DNA of 64,000 nt, taken from positions 1-64,000 of the forward strand of contig NW_026250425.1 in the NCBI RefSeq assembly GCF_024521635.1. Reading direction: 5' to 3'. Shown in pieces: positions 11,962 through 24,651 of this stretch (within the stretch, counting starts at the first letter, position 1; the number at the start of each line of letters is the position of its first letter). Under the pieces are notes generated by a model. That model ran no database searches. It worked only from the letters and a program-made list of their open reading frames with translations, and had not been told where the DNA came from. Made by a program: the position numbers and the translations under genes. Origin of the DNA: Tricharina praecox. Its lineage: Eukaryota.

Positions 11962-14900
11962 CGGATGATCTTTTCCCCTCGCCTCCGTCCATTCACACAT
12001 AGGAGGTATGTACCTATCGAGGCGGTGAATTCTTCAGACCTAGAATCTAGACTTTGCGGCATAATGGTGATGACTATGGAAAAGCCACGTTAACATGCGA
12101 GAGAAGATGCGACTCGGAGTTTCGGAGCCGTCGACTTATCCCGAGATCTCATTGTTTTCATCCATCCCAGCAGCTTCGCGAAGATTCCTGAGTATTCCAT
12201 ATCAACAGTCGAGACCGTTTCCTGTCGCCGCCCTTAGTTAAAACCCAAGGCTTATATGGCGCCGGGGAAGTGGTGAAGATGCCGGTGCCGGGAAGTTGGG
12301 AATGACGGAGTTTCGGGGGTAAGCTCGTTGGTATCGTATCGCCGCCGTAGAGTAGTCGGGATGGATGCACCTTGTCGATATTTTCGTTGCTTACACACCT
12401 GTAGACTTTTAGAGTTGAGAGTCTCTACGATGGTCATATTTCGCTGCAAAATCCGTTCACCCCCCCGCGCAGCGCACGCACGCCTACTTGTCCGCTCCGG
12501 ATATCTCTCCATCTCCACATACAAATCCACCTCCAGCGCCGACTCGCTCCCCGATCGAATCGTTACTACTCTAGAGTCCGCCCGTCCGCCCGCCCGCCCG
12601 TCCGTCCGTCCCATCGCACGCTTGCTTCTTACTTGCACGTTTTCTTTGCATGCATACCGATCTAAGATGCATGCAACGAACGCCGCTGGCAGAGAACGGG
12701 GCTTCTACACGCACTACCTACATGCTTATTTGGATTCTACATACATGCTTACCTGGTCCTGTGCTCTGATCGGTGCTAATCGTCATGAAACAGCCGAGAC
12801 GTTTCGACTCGAGACTGACTCGGCATGCGGAACCCGCCGTTGCGGGATGCGGGATCGGACGCGTTGGGAAACTGGAGAGCATGTAGGCGTAGTTGGTGAT
12901 GGAGTTGGTGCTTACTTGCTGTGATATAGGTGCTCTACGAGGGCTCTAGGCACCCTTAAGAAGAGATGTTATGATGATCCTGGCTTGAAGTTGTTCTAGC
13001 GGCGGGAAGGGGGGCGAACCGCGAAGGCGAATGGAGGGATGGGGATATTCGGACGGGGGATGGACGAGCGCTGTAGAATCTAGACATACATACCCACCTA
13101 CCTTCTCTACATAGCATCAAGAGCGAGAAAGCGTGCGTGCTTATCCGACAATACTACTGCTAGTATATCGACCTATGCATCGAACGGCACGGTACGACGG
13201 AGATGGCATACATGTCGCTGTTTCACGATCGCGAGATATAGTTACGGTACATATGTGGATTCTGCAGCGTCCAGAACCAGCCAACCAACCCTAACCGCTA
13301 CCCGCGACCAGAACTGACGCACGCGCGCAGGTCAAACGATACGATGTCGGCTCGAGCACCGTAGAGCACTGTAGATATGCAGCGTAGAGTACTCTACATA
13401 CCTTCACGCTCCCCCACGGAATCCAAGCCGTTGAGATCCAATCACATCGAACACGGGCATCAGCATGCCCCAGACTCCCAAGCGATGCGGAACGTTCACC
13501 GGCCGATCGCCCTGACCAGTATCGGTCTCTGCTCTCCGCCCCCTCACAAGTGACCACCCCTAACCCACCACTTGCTGTACGGTATGCACATATAGTAGTA
13601 GTCTACACATCATACTCGTAGATTACGTTCCATCCCTCCCCCCTCCCTCCCGTTCACGGCCGCCCCGAACGAAAGAAAGACAGAATCATCGAGCATCCAG
13701 GGACGATGCTAACTATATCTTCTCTCTCAGTCTCTAGGGTAAGGCAGCAGGCAGCCAGGCAGGCAGTGCCCATTGTTAGCCTAGCCTTCATGGCTATCCG
13801 CTGCACCTCGGTGCGGTGGGGTGGGGCCTACTGGGCTGGCAGGAGAGATATCTCGTATGTATGTCAAGCGGATTTGGAGGCACGAAGCGGGAAGCGTGCG
13901 TCGCGTCTCTCTCTCTCTCTCTCTCTCTCTCCCTTCGCATCGCATCGCTTCGCATGGCATCGCTTCGCAGCCTCGGCGCCGGCCGGCCGGCCCACCACCA
14001 CCGTTACCACCACGATCGCCCGAAGGGAATCCACTCACGTAAGTGTCTCCACACTCCATAAAGCCTGTCTCGGGTGTGCCCGAGAACGGGGGGTTTGGGA
14101 AAGCCGGGGCGTTGGACTGGAACGAAAGCGGATAACTACTGCCTGTAGTGCCTGTCCTTCTCGTCCGAGATGTGGTGGCGTCACCGTCGGCGGGGCCGGG
14201 TAATTGCCACTTCCATCTGCTGGAACTTGTCGAGACTCGAGCTTCCTTCGATCATCCCCGCACATCCCATCTCGAGTCTCGACGGTAGGCGCCGGCCCTA
14301 AGCAATGCACTCGTCTCTGTGTAGGCGGTCGTCTCTGAGCATTCTTCTCTACTCTACGCTCCGGTCTCTAGGCAGTCGTCTCTGCTCTACGCACTCGTCT
14401 TCACTCTCCGCAACTGCTCATCTCTCCGCACTCATCTCTCCGCACTCGTCTACCTCTGCAGCCAATCAGAACACCACCGGCAAGAGCTCTGCTCGCCCCA
14501 TCGCCTGGCAAGAGCTTAGCCCTCATCCCTCTTCCCTCCAGCCAGCCAGCCCGGTTTCGATTGGTCGGGACAACATCACGTGTGGAAGGCGTGGGCTGCG
14601 TGGAAGGAGAGGAACAAATTTCCGGAAGCGAGGCAAACGCATGATAACGGAATTCGGGAGAAGCTCCTAACTGCTTGAAGCTGGCTTCATAAGGGGGGTG
14701 AAGTTGGAACGAATCATTTCTCGCGCTACCGGCGACGACAGGCATTCCCCAGCTGTGCTGCATAAACGGCCTGCTTGACGGCGGAACTCCGTGGGCATTT
14801 CCCCCCGGTGCACATCACATCTCACAAATCCCTTTCTTTCTTGCCTCTGCGGTGGAGTCAGTTTTGTAATATGTATCCATCTACCTACATATGACATACC

Positions 14901-15481
14901 TAACTACGTGCTCCATCATGTATCAGCCAAAGTGAACTTACCGTGTGGGGGAGGGCGAGTGTGCCTGACGCCCTTCCAACACTAACCATTGGAAACTCTG
15001 CAGGCCCATCCTGGGAAACACCCCCTCCCCCCAAGACCTGAGGAATCCTTCCATGATCGTTCCGTGTGTGTGTCTGATGCGTGCCTGCTACACACCTACA
15101 ACTACCTGCTACCGAGAAATGAGGTATCAAAAAATAATCAACAAAAAAAAAACAGAGTTCGAATATCTAACTGTACTATAGGTGAGTACCCTACCCACAG
15201 CTCCTACTCTAAACCGTCCATCTAACCTGCGCTCACGAATTTCTTCAGCCTGTTCGTGCTCGTTCAGATGCTGGAACCAACTCGACAGGGCCTGGTAGCT
15301 AACGAGCTACCGTATGGAGTAAGAGAAGTCCGCTCACTGCATGGCCCCGAAAAGCCTCTAGCAGAACCCACTCGCACACCTTCCCTTCCTGCTTCTCACG
15401 CCATGCATGGGTTGCGATGATTATTGATACAGATGGCTTATTCCTCGCGGCTAGTTTGCCTGGATGGGAAAGGAGGGGAGC

Positions 15482-15506
15482 GGGGGGGGGGGGGGGGGGG
15501 GGGGGG
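15482..15506 (+). repeat. poly-G tract (G25) upstream of the PTH11-like gene
   Basis: 25 consecutive G, ~310 nt before the ATG at 15816. Confidence 0.95.
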
Positions 15507-15815
15507 CTCTCACTTCCCTTTCTTCGTCTGTCTCTGTCTCTGTTCGCTCGCCTCATCCTTCCATCTCCTCCTCCTCCTCCTCCCTCCTCTTCTTTCCCTT
15601 CTTCCTTTTCCTTCCTCCTTGATCCTGCTGAACCAACGACGACGACGACCCCCGCCCATGAAGCGGAGACATGCGATAGCAAAACGAAAAACCGACCTTC
15701 AACCACCACGCCCGCACTCGTCCGTTCATCATCGCCGACTCACGCGGTCCCTCGACTCTGGTGTCAGGACAACAACCACAAACCTCCATGGAACGGTAGA
15801 GCGGTCGCCACCGAA

Positions 15816-17880
15816 ATGCTTAATGGATGGACACCAATCATCATCGAGTGGGCGCTAATCGCCCTGTCGCTCATCTTTGTCCTTCTGCGCATATACGTCC
15901 GCTTCTCGGTGCCGACCACCGATCCCCACTACAAGCTGGCCGATGCCATCGTCATCGTGGCGTGGCTGGCGCTCGCAGTCATGGTCGTGCTGGATACAGT
16001 GCTGTCAAAGTTGTCGCTGTTCGATTCCGCGAGCAATTTCGATCGGACGTTGGTCATGAAGAACGAGAAGCCGGAGGATAATGTTCGGATGTTGAAGGTT
16101 CGAGCCCACCCATCCGGATGGAACGTGTGAAGGCAGGGGGATTGGGGGGAAAGGCCAAGGAAAGGGCAACGTTGGGAGGGAAAAATTGGTGGAGAGCGGG
16201 ACGGGAACATCGGGGGCACAACCGGACTCGGAGCCGGAGAAAGAATCGGTGTTTCGGGAGGGGAGAGGGGGGAAGGGCGGGGAAGAGGGAATTTGGACGA
16301 TTTCAGAGATCGCGAAGACTGACGGTTTTTTTGTTTTTTTGGTTGCAGATTATTTACGCCTCCGTCTTTCCGTACACCGTCGCCATTTACCTCGTTAAAG
16401 CGGCGCTTCTGATATGGTACTACACCATAACGCCCAAGACGCTGACACGCTGCCGCCGCGCTCTGCAGCTCATATCGGCACTTTGCGTCATCAGCTTTCT
16501 CCTGGCGTTAGGATTCAGCTTTCTCTGGTGCTGGCCGGTGTCGAGGAATTGGACACTGGAGGGACCACGGATATGTATCGCGTCGGCTCAGGCCCCCACT
16601 TTCTACATCACTTTCGCTTGCCACATCCTGACCGACTTACTGATCTTCGTCTACCCTTTTCCGCTGATGAGGCACGCTCGGCTTGCGCGGCACGACCGCC
16701 GCGCATGGGGTATTGTTATTCTATTTGCGTTGGGCTTTCTGGCGATCGCATGCACCCTTGCTCGGGTCGCTGCCACCATCATGAGGTATGTCCTTTAATT
16801 GGTTCCATCCATCCCATCCATCCCATCCATCCCATCCATCCCATCCATCCCATCCATCCCATCCATCCGATTCATCTGATTCATCCGATTCATATTCGGC
16901 TCTGACCGATCAGTTTCCTAACCGTTACCAGCGGGACCACCAATGTGGTTGCAGTATGGACGACAGTCGAATGCACCACCGGCATCATCATCGCCTGCTG
17001 TCCTGCGCTCCGCATCCTGATACAATCCTCCAAGCCAGCAGCCCGGATCCACCACCACCACCACCACCACCACGACTGCGGCTCATCCCCGAAACACCAC
17101 CACGGTTCGACCGACACTTACGCCTCGACGTACGTCTCGACGAACCACACGGTACGCACGACACTAGCCGCCAGCGAGATATGGGACGGCACGGACTCGA
17201 CGGCGCCGGAGTGGATACGACTGGGGTCGCGGGGGATGATGCACAGCGGAAACGGCGGGATGTTCCACGGCGGCGGCGGGAAGGACATCGAGATGGGCAG
17301 TTTCGTCTCTGGCTGCGGCGACGACGACGAGAACGACATTAAGGCGATGCACACCACGCACGGCTGTGGAGGAGGTGGGCACGGTGGGCAGCAAGTGCAC
17401 TCGCCCGCCAGCTCGAAAGCACCAGGCTTCGTTTTGCAGCCCGGACGGGGGATAATACAGCATGCGCCCGGGGTCGCGCCGTCCGGCGGCGTCCCCTGCT
17501 GGATGGACCTTCCCGACCCACCGTTCCTGTCGGAGAAAGACGAGGACGACGACGACAGCGACTGCGATCACAGCCAGAAACTGAATCCTCCGCCGCCGCC
17601 CAGCAAGACCAAGCTGCGGTGGGAGGTGGACGACGGCGGAAAGGAGTGGGATGACGGAAGCGTGCAGGAGAATCGCGATCGGTGGGACTCGATATGTCCG
17701 CGCGCCTGTGAGCGGCTGGACAGAATCGTCGAGACGCTGAGTGAACCCGCCGCTGCGACTAAGAGGTGGAGTCAGGGAAGCTTTGGCGACCGGAATAGTC
17801 ATCACCATCGCATCGGACGGAAGGACGACGATGAGGAGGAGCGCGCCGTCATCAGCAAGGAGGCGTTCTTTTTCGATTGA
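15816..17880 (+). CDS. PTH11-like integral membrane protein (fungal rhodopsin domain, no CFEM) with long His/Asp-rich tail, ~555 aa
   Basis: Exons 15816-16097, 16349-16785, 16932-17880. Motifs: FVLLRIYVRF, LADAIVIVAW, YLVKAALLIWY, WCWPVSRNW..C, HILTDLLIFVYPF, LFALGFLAIACTLAR, WTTVECTTGIIIACCPALR. Confidence 0.9.
16805..16889. repeat. 9-bp minisatellite (CCATCCATC)n inside intron 2 of the PTH11-like gene
   Basis: About 7 clean copies followed by degenerate TCATCYGAT units. Confidence 0.9.
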
Positions 17881-19282
17881 TCCGATATGACCAGGGGCGG
17901 ATTCCTTTCCTGTAATGACGGCATTTCGGTTTTTTTTATTGCATTGCATTTTATTTGTGTATATATCCTTTTCTCTTCTCTTTCTCTTCTCTTTCTCTTT
18001 TCTTCTTTTTTTTGTTTTCTACATGTCATGTCTGGGATTTTGCGTTCATGATTTTCATCGTGTTTTTTTTTTCTTTCTCTTTTCGTTTTTGCTTTGGGGG
18101 GTTCATTTTTAGAGCTGGCGTACTTGGACTTCGGAGTAGTGAGCGGTGATATATACAAGCGTGTTCTATAACGTTAGATGTCTGTACAATCAGTAGGTAG
18201 TATCTATCATACTTGGCTGCGGATTGCGTTTTTTCGGTCCGTCCTTGCTCGTGTCGTGTCGTGTCGATCGCCGGAGGAGTGACTTTGGTGAAATGCGACC
18301 CTCTACTACGGTACCGGTGTGACAGATGCATACCTCGTACGGAAACATCCATCTCACGCCCACGATACCAGCCAGCAACGAGCATGTCGATGCGCTGGTG
18401 TATGTCGTATCTCCGTTCGGCGTCCGAGCGGTATGGGTTCGTTTAAACGGTTATGTACAGTAACTACGTAGCGAAGGCCAGGAAAGGCAAAGGAAGGTTG
18501 AAAAAACCAGGGCGTGGTCAGTGGTGGGATCACCCAAGCATTCCCTCCCTCCCGAGGAGATGCAATGAGATGGAGATGGTGCGGGCTAGGAAGACTCTAT
18601 GTATAATATGTGATTGTACGTAAATTCGGCAGTTTATTGGGTCTGAGTCTGAATCGACGTGAATCGGGGCCTGGGTAGTAGTGGGTAGGTAAGGACTTAG
18701 GTAATACGAGGACACTTCGCGGTGAGTGAAAGTTTGATGAGCCTTCACGGCGAGGAGGGGGGATGGACTCCGATGGAGTCGCCGGTGCGCGAAACGAATG
18801 CGACTGGCGTCTGGCGTTCGCGGGACCACTGGGTCAGCTACAAACGTATAGCAACTACCACCTACCGATGCGACGTCTCGTCCTCTCCGTCCTCAAATTC
18901 CGACATCTCAACAGCGAAAGTCTGTCTGAAAGTCTGGGAGACGATGGCGCAGGGCAGGGCAGGGCGGGCAGGGCCGTCTCGAACTCTCAGGACGAGACTA
19001 GCTGCTCTAGCGTTGATCCGCCCGACAGACTTGCCCGGACATCCATCTTCTCCTCTTCACAGTCCATCCCCATCCCCCACCCCGCTAGAGTAGTTGGTTA
19101 GGGCATCTCGGCATCGCGACTCGGGTAACGACACCGCATCGCATGTTCGCTTGCGTCGAGTGTCGAGTTTCAGTATCGAGCGTGAGTGGTCGGGGGGACG
19201 GGGGAACGGGGGGCGGGTGCGGCAACTTCTGCGAGCCGACGTCCTCCCCGGACTCTCGCCACTCGTGTGTTTCGCCATTGTA

Positions 19283-19546
19283 GAGTACTGGTAACTGGAG
19301 TACTGGCAACTGGAGCACTGGCAACTGGAGCACCGGCAACTGGAGCAGTGGCAACTGGAGCACTGGCAACTGGAGCACTGGCAACTGGAGCACTGGCAAC
19401 TGGAGCACTGGTAACTGGAGCACTGGTAATTGGAGCACTGGTAATTGGAGCACTGGCAACTGGAGCACCGGCAACTGGAGCACTGGTAACTGGAGCACTG
19501 GTAATTGGAGCACTGGTAACTGGAGCACTGGTAACTGGAGCACTGG
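19283..19546. repeat. 15-bp minisatellite (GCAACTGGAGCACTG)n, ~17 copies
   Basis: Regular unit with GTAACT, GTAATT and CACCG variants. It produces the repetitive LQLPV and TGALA ORFs. Confidence 0.97.
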
Positions 19547-21707
19547 GTATAACCTGAGACTGCCGCCTGGTTACTTACCTACGGACCTCGCGAAAAGATG
19601 ACTGATACATCGTTGGAGTATGTTCCTACAATTTCGCAAAGGGGGTGGTGTCGCTGGTGTACATAGAGTCGCAGTAGGCACGGTGACGTTCGTTCGTCGG
19701 TACATAACTGGACCGGACGGAGCAGGCCACATTATTCCCCTAGTTCGCACCCGGTACGCTACTCTCATACCAGTACCTATCGTCGTCGATGTATTTACCG
19801 TGCTCCAGGTACCGGTGCATACGGTACTCTATGTACACAACCTACCTACCACATACACCCTGTCGAATTTCCCACCCACGCCACGCCACGCCACGCAAGA
19901 CAGGCAGGCCGAGGGAGGGAATAATCTATGGAGATCCGATGCTTTCCTCCCTTGAGCCCATGCTTGGGCCCTTGAGCCCTTCCCTTCCCTTCCCCTCGCG
20001 TGGGCCGTGCGCGCGCGCGAGGGAGCGAGGGAGCGAGAGGGAGCGAGAGGAAAGGGAAGGGGTGTATTACCCCAGATCTTGGACGGCTTAGCGGGCTGCG
20101 GGCAGCGGCCGTGGGGCCGTGTCGATCAGGGAAGGGGAGATGTGGTCTCCGATAAGTCACCGAGGTGCTTTTTGCTGGTGCTGGTGCCTGGTGGTGGATG
20201 GTGGATGGTGGATGGTGGTGGGTGGATCCTCCAATACGACACGACCCGGTATAGGTCTGTCTGCCCTGAGCCGCTCGTTCGCTCGCGCGTGCGTCGGCGT
20301 GGACCCCCCTCCCTCCACCCCCCTCCACCCCCCGGCGCCCCCGTTGTTGTTGATTCATTCCTCCCGAAGACACGAGCCCATCGTTGGAATTTGGCCCCCA
20401 CAACCAGATCAGTCGCGCGCGGGAGACTAGACGCGAGGAGAGGAAGAGCAGCAGCAGGAGGAGGAGGAGGAGGAGAGGAGGAAGAGGAGGAGGAGAGGAA
20501 AGTACTCGGTTACCGGTGGTGGATAGAGAGAGCGCGGCCCGAAAATCCGGCGATGTGAGACTTCCTTCGTGGACGTTGGCGAACCATCCTACCAGGTAGT
20601 AGATCCCAGCGCGGACTGACATTCGCCCCCGGCGTGTAGCTTCCCCCGTTCAAAGGGAATCCCCAGTGCCGGAACTTGGAAGCATGCGGCGGGCAGCTGG
20701 GTATTTATGTCTGAGATGAGATGGGAATCCCGAGTGAGAGATATATCGGGCCTTCGGTACCTCGAGTTGAATCTGCAGGTGAGATTCCTACTTTGTACCT
20801 ACATACATACCCAGGGATACCGTACCCGGTGCCGATGTCTAAAAGCTTCGCCGAAGCGACATCCGCCCGAGCTTCCGAGTGTTAATTTGCTGATTAGAAT
20901 AGTCGGTGTAGGAAAGCAGGCATCCATCGACTCATCGACTGGGAACTGCCGCTTCGGCTGCGGAAATAGACGCCGGTATTTTTATCATGAGAAATCCTTC
21001 AGGTGGGGTAATTCTTTTTGTTTGATCAGTAACTGCTTGCGACCTAAGTAGATCATGGCAATCTTCAGATGGGGTAATGCGCACTCTTTGTATGATAACT
21101 TGTCCCGGATCATACGGGAGACACTGTGATGGTTGGTCAGCCGATGTCCTACGAGAGAAAACGTGCGCAGTGCGATGCCGACTACTATATTGCACTCCTG
21201 ATACCCGGCTCGGTCAGGATTAGAAACTTCACCTTCCACCTCCAGCCCTCGCGAGTCACGTAGCCGCGGGCCGGACCGGCACTGCAAGGTACCGTGCCTA
21301 TGATAAGATCACTCCATAGTGCACCGGTGCGACGTTGGACACAGCCATCACTCTTGCCGGGAGAATAATGACACCGAAACGTATGTACGTAGCCTTTTGT
21401 TTGCCGGGATCCAATCAACTGCGCGTTCCTCGATTCCCAGTACTTACATCCATCCTGTACATTCCTACAGTGTTTCAACGTCGATCCAACGACCACGGCT
21501 ATCCGGCCTCCCAAAGTAGAGAGTGTTACTGTATATACCGTGCAACCTCGTATTCGATACCTATCGGAATGCTTGAGGATAATTATGATTAGTCGATGCA
21601 GATGGCATGTTGGGGTTATGAAGTCTGTATAAAGCACGCTCCTGGAGCCAGAAGTTCACGCTCTCCACAATCACCAAGGTCTTTGTATACCATTCAGCTT
21701 GCCCACG

Positions 21708-23386
21708 ATGCGTGCTACCACCACCCTGTTCTCCCTGTCCCTCCTTCTGGCTGTCTCCGCCAGAAACACCTATCGCTCCGTCCTTACAGACTGCCTGAAC
21801 ACGGCTTCGGTGCCAATACTCCTCACGTCCACCACCGGCTGGGCAGATGAGATCGAGCCATACAACCTCCGCTTCACGCCCGCACCTTCCGTCGTGGCCA
21901 TTCCGCGCACTCAAGCAGAAGTACACATGATCTCACCCCGGGGGGGGGTGTTCCACCACGTTCTGTCCATGACTAACCATGCATTCCAGGTGCAATCTGC
22001 GGTGAAATGCGCACACGCAAACAAAATCCGGGTTTCGGTCAAAGGCGGCGGCCATAGCTACGGTGCCTACGGACTCAGCGGCACACTGGTACTCGACATG
22101 GCCGAGTTCCAGACCGTGAATCTCGACCAGACCACCAAGATCGCTACCGTCGGAGCCGGTGTTCGGCTAGGGAACATGGCCAATAAGCTCTTCTCACTGG
22201 GGAAGCGTGGGTTCGTAACCTCCCTGCCCTTCCGTTTTGCTATCCGTTGCTGAACATCGCCAGCGTTCCCCACGGAACCTGTGAGGGCGTAGGAATCGGC
22301 GGCCACGCCACACTCGGCGGCTTCGGCCTCGACTCGCGCCTCTGGGGGTTAACGGTGGACACGATCTCGTCGGTGACCGCCGTGCTCGCAAACGGCACTG
22401 CCGTGACCGCGTCCGCTTCTCAAAACAAGGAGCTATTCTGGGCGTTGCGGGGCGCGGGGCCGGGCTTCGCCGTGGTCACCTCCTTCAAGCTCAAGACCTT
22501 TGCTGCGCCCGCCGTAAACATCAACTGGTCGTACACGTACTCGTTCCCGACCCCGGCGGCCGCCGCAACCGCATTCCAGATCGCGCAGACGTGGGGACAG
22601 CAGAGCGCCCCCAAGGAGCTGGGGTACGGCATCATGCTGTTTCCTGGGAATGCGTTTATCGTCCGTGGTGTCTACTACGGCGCGAAGGCGAAGTACGATG
22701 CGCTCATTGCACCGCTTCTGGCGAAGTTGAAGACGGCGCATGGGGGTGTCGAGCCGACGAAGAGCGTTAAAACCCTCGGCTGGATCGACTCGCTGACGGA
22801 TCTGGCGGGCGCGGCGTTGGCGACCCCCGCTAGGGGTTATGATGCCCATGATACTTTTGTATACACACCCACCCCTCCCCCTCCCGCTCGTGTGATAAGG
22901 ACTGACAGGTTGTAGTACGCGAAATCCATCGTCACCGCCGAATCCGCACCGCTCTCCTTCGAAGCGCTCACCGCGCTGTTCACCTACCTATACACCGTCG
23001 TTCCGCCCAGCTCAGCGCAATGGATGATAATCGCGAACCTCTACGGCGGCCCGGGCAGCGTGATCAACTCTTTGCCCGCATCGACCGATCCCAGCTCAAC
23101 CAGCAGCTACGCCCACCGCACCGCCGGCTACGTCTTCCAGCTATACGCGTACACCGCCAACTCCCTGCCGCCGTTCGATGCCGATATTATCCCGCTCGTG
23201 GAGGGCATGGTTACCGCGATGGGAGAGGAGGCCGCAGACCTGCCCGCTTATGCGCCGTATGCGGACCCGGAGCTGGGCCAGGCCGAGGCGCAGGTTAGGT
23301 ACTGGGGTGATGGAGTCGCGAGACTGAAGGTTATCAAGGCCCAGGTCGATCCCATGGGGATTTTGTACAATCCGCAGGGGTTTTAG
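21708..23386 (+). CDS. Secreted FAD-linked oxidoreductase, BBE-like / CAZy AA7 (oligosaccharide oxidase-like), ~499 aa
   Basis: Exons 21708-21920, 21990-22210, 22264-22858, 22916-23386. Signal peptide MRATTTLFSLSLLLAVSA; PYNLR; KGGGHSYG; VPHGTCEGVGIGGH..GGFG..SRLWGL; LFWALRGAG; C-terminal BBE segment YWG..RLK.IKAQVDP. The His and Cys for bicovalent FAD attachment are present. Confidence 0.93.
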
Positions 23387-23418
23387 AGGTGTTGTTAATG
23401 TTGGGGTAAGTCGCTGGA

Positions 23419-23435
23419 GGGGGGGGGGGGGGGGG
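23419..23435 (+). repeat. poly-G tract (G17) in the 3' UTR region of the AA7 gene
   Basis: 17 consecutive G. Confidence 0.9.
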
Positions 23436-23578
23436 TAGATGATAGATATATATTAGATTCAGAAATATACTGGTTGAAACTTGAGGTAGCCGTGGGTTCT
23501 AGAGCTTTTGCGAGGCGGTGAATGTGCGGTTGAGTGTGGGGTGGTATTGGCCCTGAGCGGCGTGGGGATGGCGCGCAG

Positions 23579-23763
23579 CTGCTGGAAACTTTCATTCATC
23601 GGTGTAACAGTACTGTTTGGACACTACCAGAAGCGTATGACTACTGGAAACTCCCATTCAGTCGTTAGGTACTGCTTGGAACACCCTCAGCGGCGTATGG
23701 CTACTGGAAGGTCTCGTTCATCAGTATAGGCCCTGCTTGGAACACCATCAGTGGGATATGGCT
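23579..23763. repeat. Degenerate ~61-bp tandem repeat, 3 copies
   Basis: CTRCTGGAA..TTCA..CTGYTTGGA.CAC..CAG..GCGTATG units of about 62, 60 and 61 bp. Confidence 0.8.
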
Positions 23764-24651
23764 TTGCTAGAGCCACTAGGGCAGTTCATGTCGGCGGCGA
23801 AGAGAGACGAGTTCGTTCATATGCGATCACTCGCCCGGGAGAACGATACCGCAGAATCCACCGTCAAAGTGAATAGAAGACACTAAGCTTCATTGAAAAT
23901 GGTAGCATGCCTTCCGGCAATCGAAGTGAAATTTTATTGGCCCCCACAGGTTTCCACGGTGGGCCGGTGGTACATGAAATCGTGCCGGTCAGCAGATCTT
24001 ACATATGGTACCCGCCGCCTTGGGGAGCGCTGCACCATGGTCCATGGCCCCGGGCACCGAGGATGGTTAGATACCGGGGGAAGGGCGGAATGGGGCGTTT
24101 GGTGTTCGTAATCGGCGCTTACCGCATAGCCTGCCGCTACCAACCTACCTAGGTTGGAATGTATTGTACAATACATAAAACAACGTATTGATCAGGACGG
24201 GGGTAGTTTTTCACCGAGCCCGACTACCGGGACTGGACTGTAGATGTATAGGGGGAGTACTGATGCTCTGAGTCTTGATTGCCATGACCTAGATGGGCCT
24301 CATCCTATACAACAGAAGAAAAAAGAAAAAGAAAAGAAAAGAAAAACCTCCGGCTAGTTTTCGGGCTTTTTCTTAGGACTCGGCTCGCATAGTAAAATAT
24401 CCTCCATCCGTCATGGTAGCTCCAGGGGACACAGTAATAAATCTCGTGCTGCTGCCCGCGAGTATTTGCCGCGTGCAAGCCACGAATCTTCAAACTTGGT
24501 ACTAGTACTAGTACTCCAGCTCAGTCATTGTTTTCCATTCCATTCCAGGCTCCTAAACTAAAGCCGCCGGACGGACCTGCTTTCATCAGCCCATATATTC
24601 TCAACCGTTCGAGTGGAAGAACGTACACTAAGCTTCAACTAACGATCCCAA

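Noticed and set aside
12745..12756. ATGCTTACCTGG resembling the U1 snRNA 5' end
   Set aside because: No downstream U1 stem-loop I or Sm site recognised; it is equally a reverse-complement splice-donor-like word.
20985..21287. Minus ORF with LPHLK twice (66-bp duplication), LRR-like
   Set aside because: Only two short units, no ATG start and no supporting exons; at most an eroded relic.
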